Source: Octopus sinensis (Eukaryota). From it: DNA of 64,000 nucleotides. Positions 61,147 through 64,000 of this stretch are shown here, piece after piece. The notes beneath the pieces were generated by a model. That model did no database searches. It was not told where the DNA came from and was given only the letters and a program-made list of their open reading frames with translations. Positions within the stretch are counted from its first letter, which is position 1; every line of letters starts with the position of its first letter. The stretch covers positions 32,301,360-32,365,359 of the forward strand of contig NC_043019.1 in the NCBI RefSeq assembly GCF_006345805.1, written 5' to 3'. Both the position numbers and the translations under genes were made by a program.

Positions 61147-61507
61147 GGCTCAGGAGTGGCTGTGTGGTAAGTAGCTTGCTTACCAACCATATGGTTCCGG
61201 GTTCAGTTCCACTGCGTGGCACTTTGGGCAAGTAAGTGTCTTCTGCTATAGCCTCGGGCCGACCAAAGCCTTGTGAGTGGATTTGGTAGACGGAAACTGT
61301 AAGAAGCCCGTCGTATATATGTATATGTATATATCTATGTGTGTGTGTGTCTGTGTTTGTCCCCCCAACATCGCTTGACAACCGATGCTGGTGTGTTTAC
61401 ATCCCCGTAACTTAGCGGTTCGGCAAAAGCGACCCATAGAATAAGTACTAAAGGCGGTGCTCCAGCATGGCCACAGTCAAATGACTGAAACAAATAAAAG
61501 AATAAAG
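61147..61507 (+). mobile_element. SINE family A with internal tail deletion
   Basis: Family A consensus; aataagtact joins directly to aaaggcggtgc. Confidence 0.85.
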
Positions 61508-61760
61508 GGGGCGAAATGCACTAGTTGTACCAGTTGCGCACTGGGGTCGGTATAATTGCCTAGCTCCCTTCTCCCAACTTCAGGCCTTGTGCCTATAGTA
61601 GAACAGATTATTATTATTATTAGGGTTCACCGAAAACCTTGTGAGTGGATTTCGTAGACAGAAACTGGAAGAAGCCCCTTGTATGTGTGTATATGTGTGT
61701 GTCTTTCTTCCTGTTTTTCCCCACCACCACCACCACTTGATAACCAGTGATGGTGTCCTC

Positions 61761-61992
61761 TTAACCCTTTAGTGTTCGCATTATTCCGCCAAAGTTAATC
61801 CTTTTTTATTCACATTGTTTTGAACTAATTATTCATTAATCTCGTAACTGTGAGATTTTGATGAGGTAACTGTTAATTTTTAAAAACGATATTGTAGGGT
61901 TGGTGTGAGAGACCAGATCTGGCCAGTTTGAACATAAAACAGGCAGAATACTTCTGGCCGGATATGGCCGGTTTAAATGCTAAAAGGGTTAA
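61761..61992 (+). mobile_element. piggyBac-type (TTAA) MITE family 1
   Basis: ttaa|cccttttag ... ctaaaaggg|ttaa. Confidence 0.85.
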
Positions 61993-63258
61993 ATAAAGCC
62001 AGGAACTTTTCAGTAGCTTCTCATGTATTGAGTTCTACACCAGATTTATTAGTGATGCTATGCTCAAACGTAATATTAAAACACACAAACACACGTGTGT
62101 GTGTAAAAACTGCCTTCTTTCTCTGCTTTGCTCTTGCTCTATCTCTACATTTAATTTGCAAGGAAGGAAGTGTTGGTAGTGATGATGATGATGACGACGA
62201 TGATGATGGTGGTGGTGGTACAAGAGAGGAGCAGGTACCCTTGTCAGGGGTGAAGGGGCCTATTTATTCCTTTCTCTTTCCCTCTCTATTTCTCTCCTTA
62301 TTATAAATGCAAGAGTTCATTCATTCTTGATAGGAATGCTTCCACAAATATATTTGCACCAACCATTCCTTATTACTTAGCACCACCACCGCTACCACCA
62401 TTATTATCCTCACCACCATCAGCAGCAATGAAAATAACAATTGGTACGGCAGCAGTGGTGGTGGTTATGAAGATTAGAAAAATAAATTTTGCACATACTA
62501 TTTGCGACTTAGCACCAAGCACGACCATACATATCTGCCGCCACTGCAATCATAACGAGCGATGATTGCCATCGTTATTATTAGAATAATAATTATGATG
62601 ATTGGAAAAATAAATGTTTCCCCCATTCTCCATCGCTTAATGTCACCACAGTGCTAATAAAAATAATCTTCGTGCTCCTCTTCTCTTCTCTTCTCCTCAT
62701 CATCATCATCGTCATCGTTGCCGGTGTTGTCATCATCAACATCAAACACGTTTTCATTGCAGTTGTGCAATACTAGTAGATTTCATTTAATAATGTTCTG
62801 AGAGTGTATATGTGTGTATGTATATGCATGTTTGTTCATGTGAGTCTATATACGCATGTGTGTGTATATGCATGTTTGTACCTATATGAGTGTATATACA
62901 CATAAGTGTGTGTTTGTGTGCGTGTATGTGTGTATGTATATATGTGTGTATATATACACACATCTATGTGCATGTATACATACTGACACACATACATATA
63001 TATCTACACATACACACACAGACACAAGCTATAGTCAGCTGGTTGTAATACTCACAGTTGGCAACCATATGTTTCCTGTACATACAAACACCACCACCAC
63101 CTTCTTCCCCTCCACTGCCACTCTTTCTAACAATTTTAATCCGGATAAACCCATGAGTTATGGCCAGAGTAATTTTACTGTTGTTGTGTGTCCTTTTCTT
63201 GTTTATTTACACATTCGTATGTTACACATGTATGTGTGTATATATATATATATATATA

Positions 63259-63769
63259 TGTTCTTTTACTCTTTTACTTGTTTCAGTCATTTGACTGCAG
63301 CCATGCTGGAGCACCGCCTTTTAGTCGAGCAAATCGACCCCAGGACTTATTCTTTGTAAGCCCTAGTACTTATTCTATCAGTCTCTTTTGCCGAACCGCT
63401 AAGTTATGGGGACGTAAACACACCAGCATCGGTTGTCAAGCGATGTTGGGGAGACAAACACACACATATATATATATATATATATGATGGGCTTCTTTCA
63501 GTTTCCGTCTACCAAATCCACTCACAAGGCTTTGGTCGGCCCAAGGTGTGTGTTCGTTTATTCTTTTGCTTGTTTCTGTCATTTGACTGCGACCATACTA
63601 CAGCAACGCATTTAGTCGAGCAAATCGACCCTGGGACTTATTCTTTGTAAGCCTAGTACTTATTGTATCAGTCTCCTTTGCCGAACTGTTAAGTTACAGG
63701 GGCATAAACACACCAGCGTTGGTTGTCAAGCAATATTGGGGGAACAAACACAGACACACAAACATACAG

Positions 63770-63802
<33 letters not shown>

Positions 63803-63963
63803 ACAGGCTTCTTTCAGTTTCCATCTACCAAATCCACTCAAAAGGCTTTGGTCAGCCCGAGTCTATAATGGAAGACACTTGCCCAATGTGCCACACAGTG
63901 GAACTGAACCTGGAACCATGTGGCTAGTAGGCAAGCTACTTACCACACAGCCACTCCTGCTCC
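63259..63963 (-). mobile_element. Two tandem SINE family A copies (63259-63545 partial; 63553-63963 full)
   Basis: Reverse complement of the family A consensus. Confidence 0.85.
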
Positions 63964-64000
63964 TATAATATACATATATATAGATATATGAATTGTGTGT

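Noticed and set aside
15-64000. Most ORFs in the supplied track ([12 protein letters not shown]-rich or SINE-derived, such as MLGGQTQTH...)
   Set aside because: They are translations of microsatellites and SINEs, with no protein-like composition or homology.
52412-64000. Next eya exon (expected DP...LGxRMEE.IF.LADTH.FFNDLE)
   Set aside because: No matching sequence found by eye; it probably lies beyond the window.

Overview
Eukaryotic, AT-rich, microsatellite-dense genomic DNA. The repeat families look like those of an octopus/coleoid cephalopod (inference from recalled SINE families, not a database hit). The window lies inside one large + strand gene, eyes absent (eya). Four coding exons are well supported: 18066-18121, 19825-19981, 47840-47908 and 52257-52411, the last encoding the EYA/HAD motif [11 protein letters not shown] fifth, frame-compatible candidate exon lies at 30041-30136. 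The 5' and 3' exons were not found and probably lie outside the window. The introns are filled with at least four tRNA-derived SINE families, RTE, CR1-like and Penelope-like remnants, a decayed full-length mariner, and hAT, piggyBac-type and mariner MITEs. The most notable observations are: (1) two families of (TA)n-anchored non-autonomous elements carrying degenerate type I hammerhead-ribozyme folds, one copy truncated almost exactly at the predicted cleavage site; (2) a 26-copy, 120-bp satellite amplified from a SINE 3' end, with an incipient 5-monomer higher-order repeat; (3) many near-perfect fold-back duplications, five of them within 31.3-36.2 kb; (4) the candidate exon, which has two in-phase donors and an internal Met. 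Almost all ORFs in the supplied track are microsatellite or repeat artefacts. All coordinates were counted by eye; repeat boundaries are approximate.
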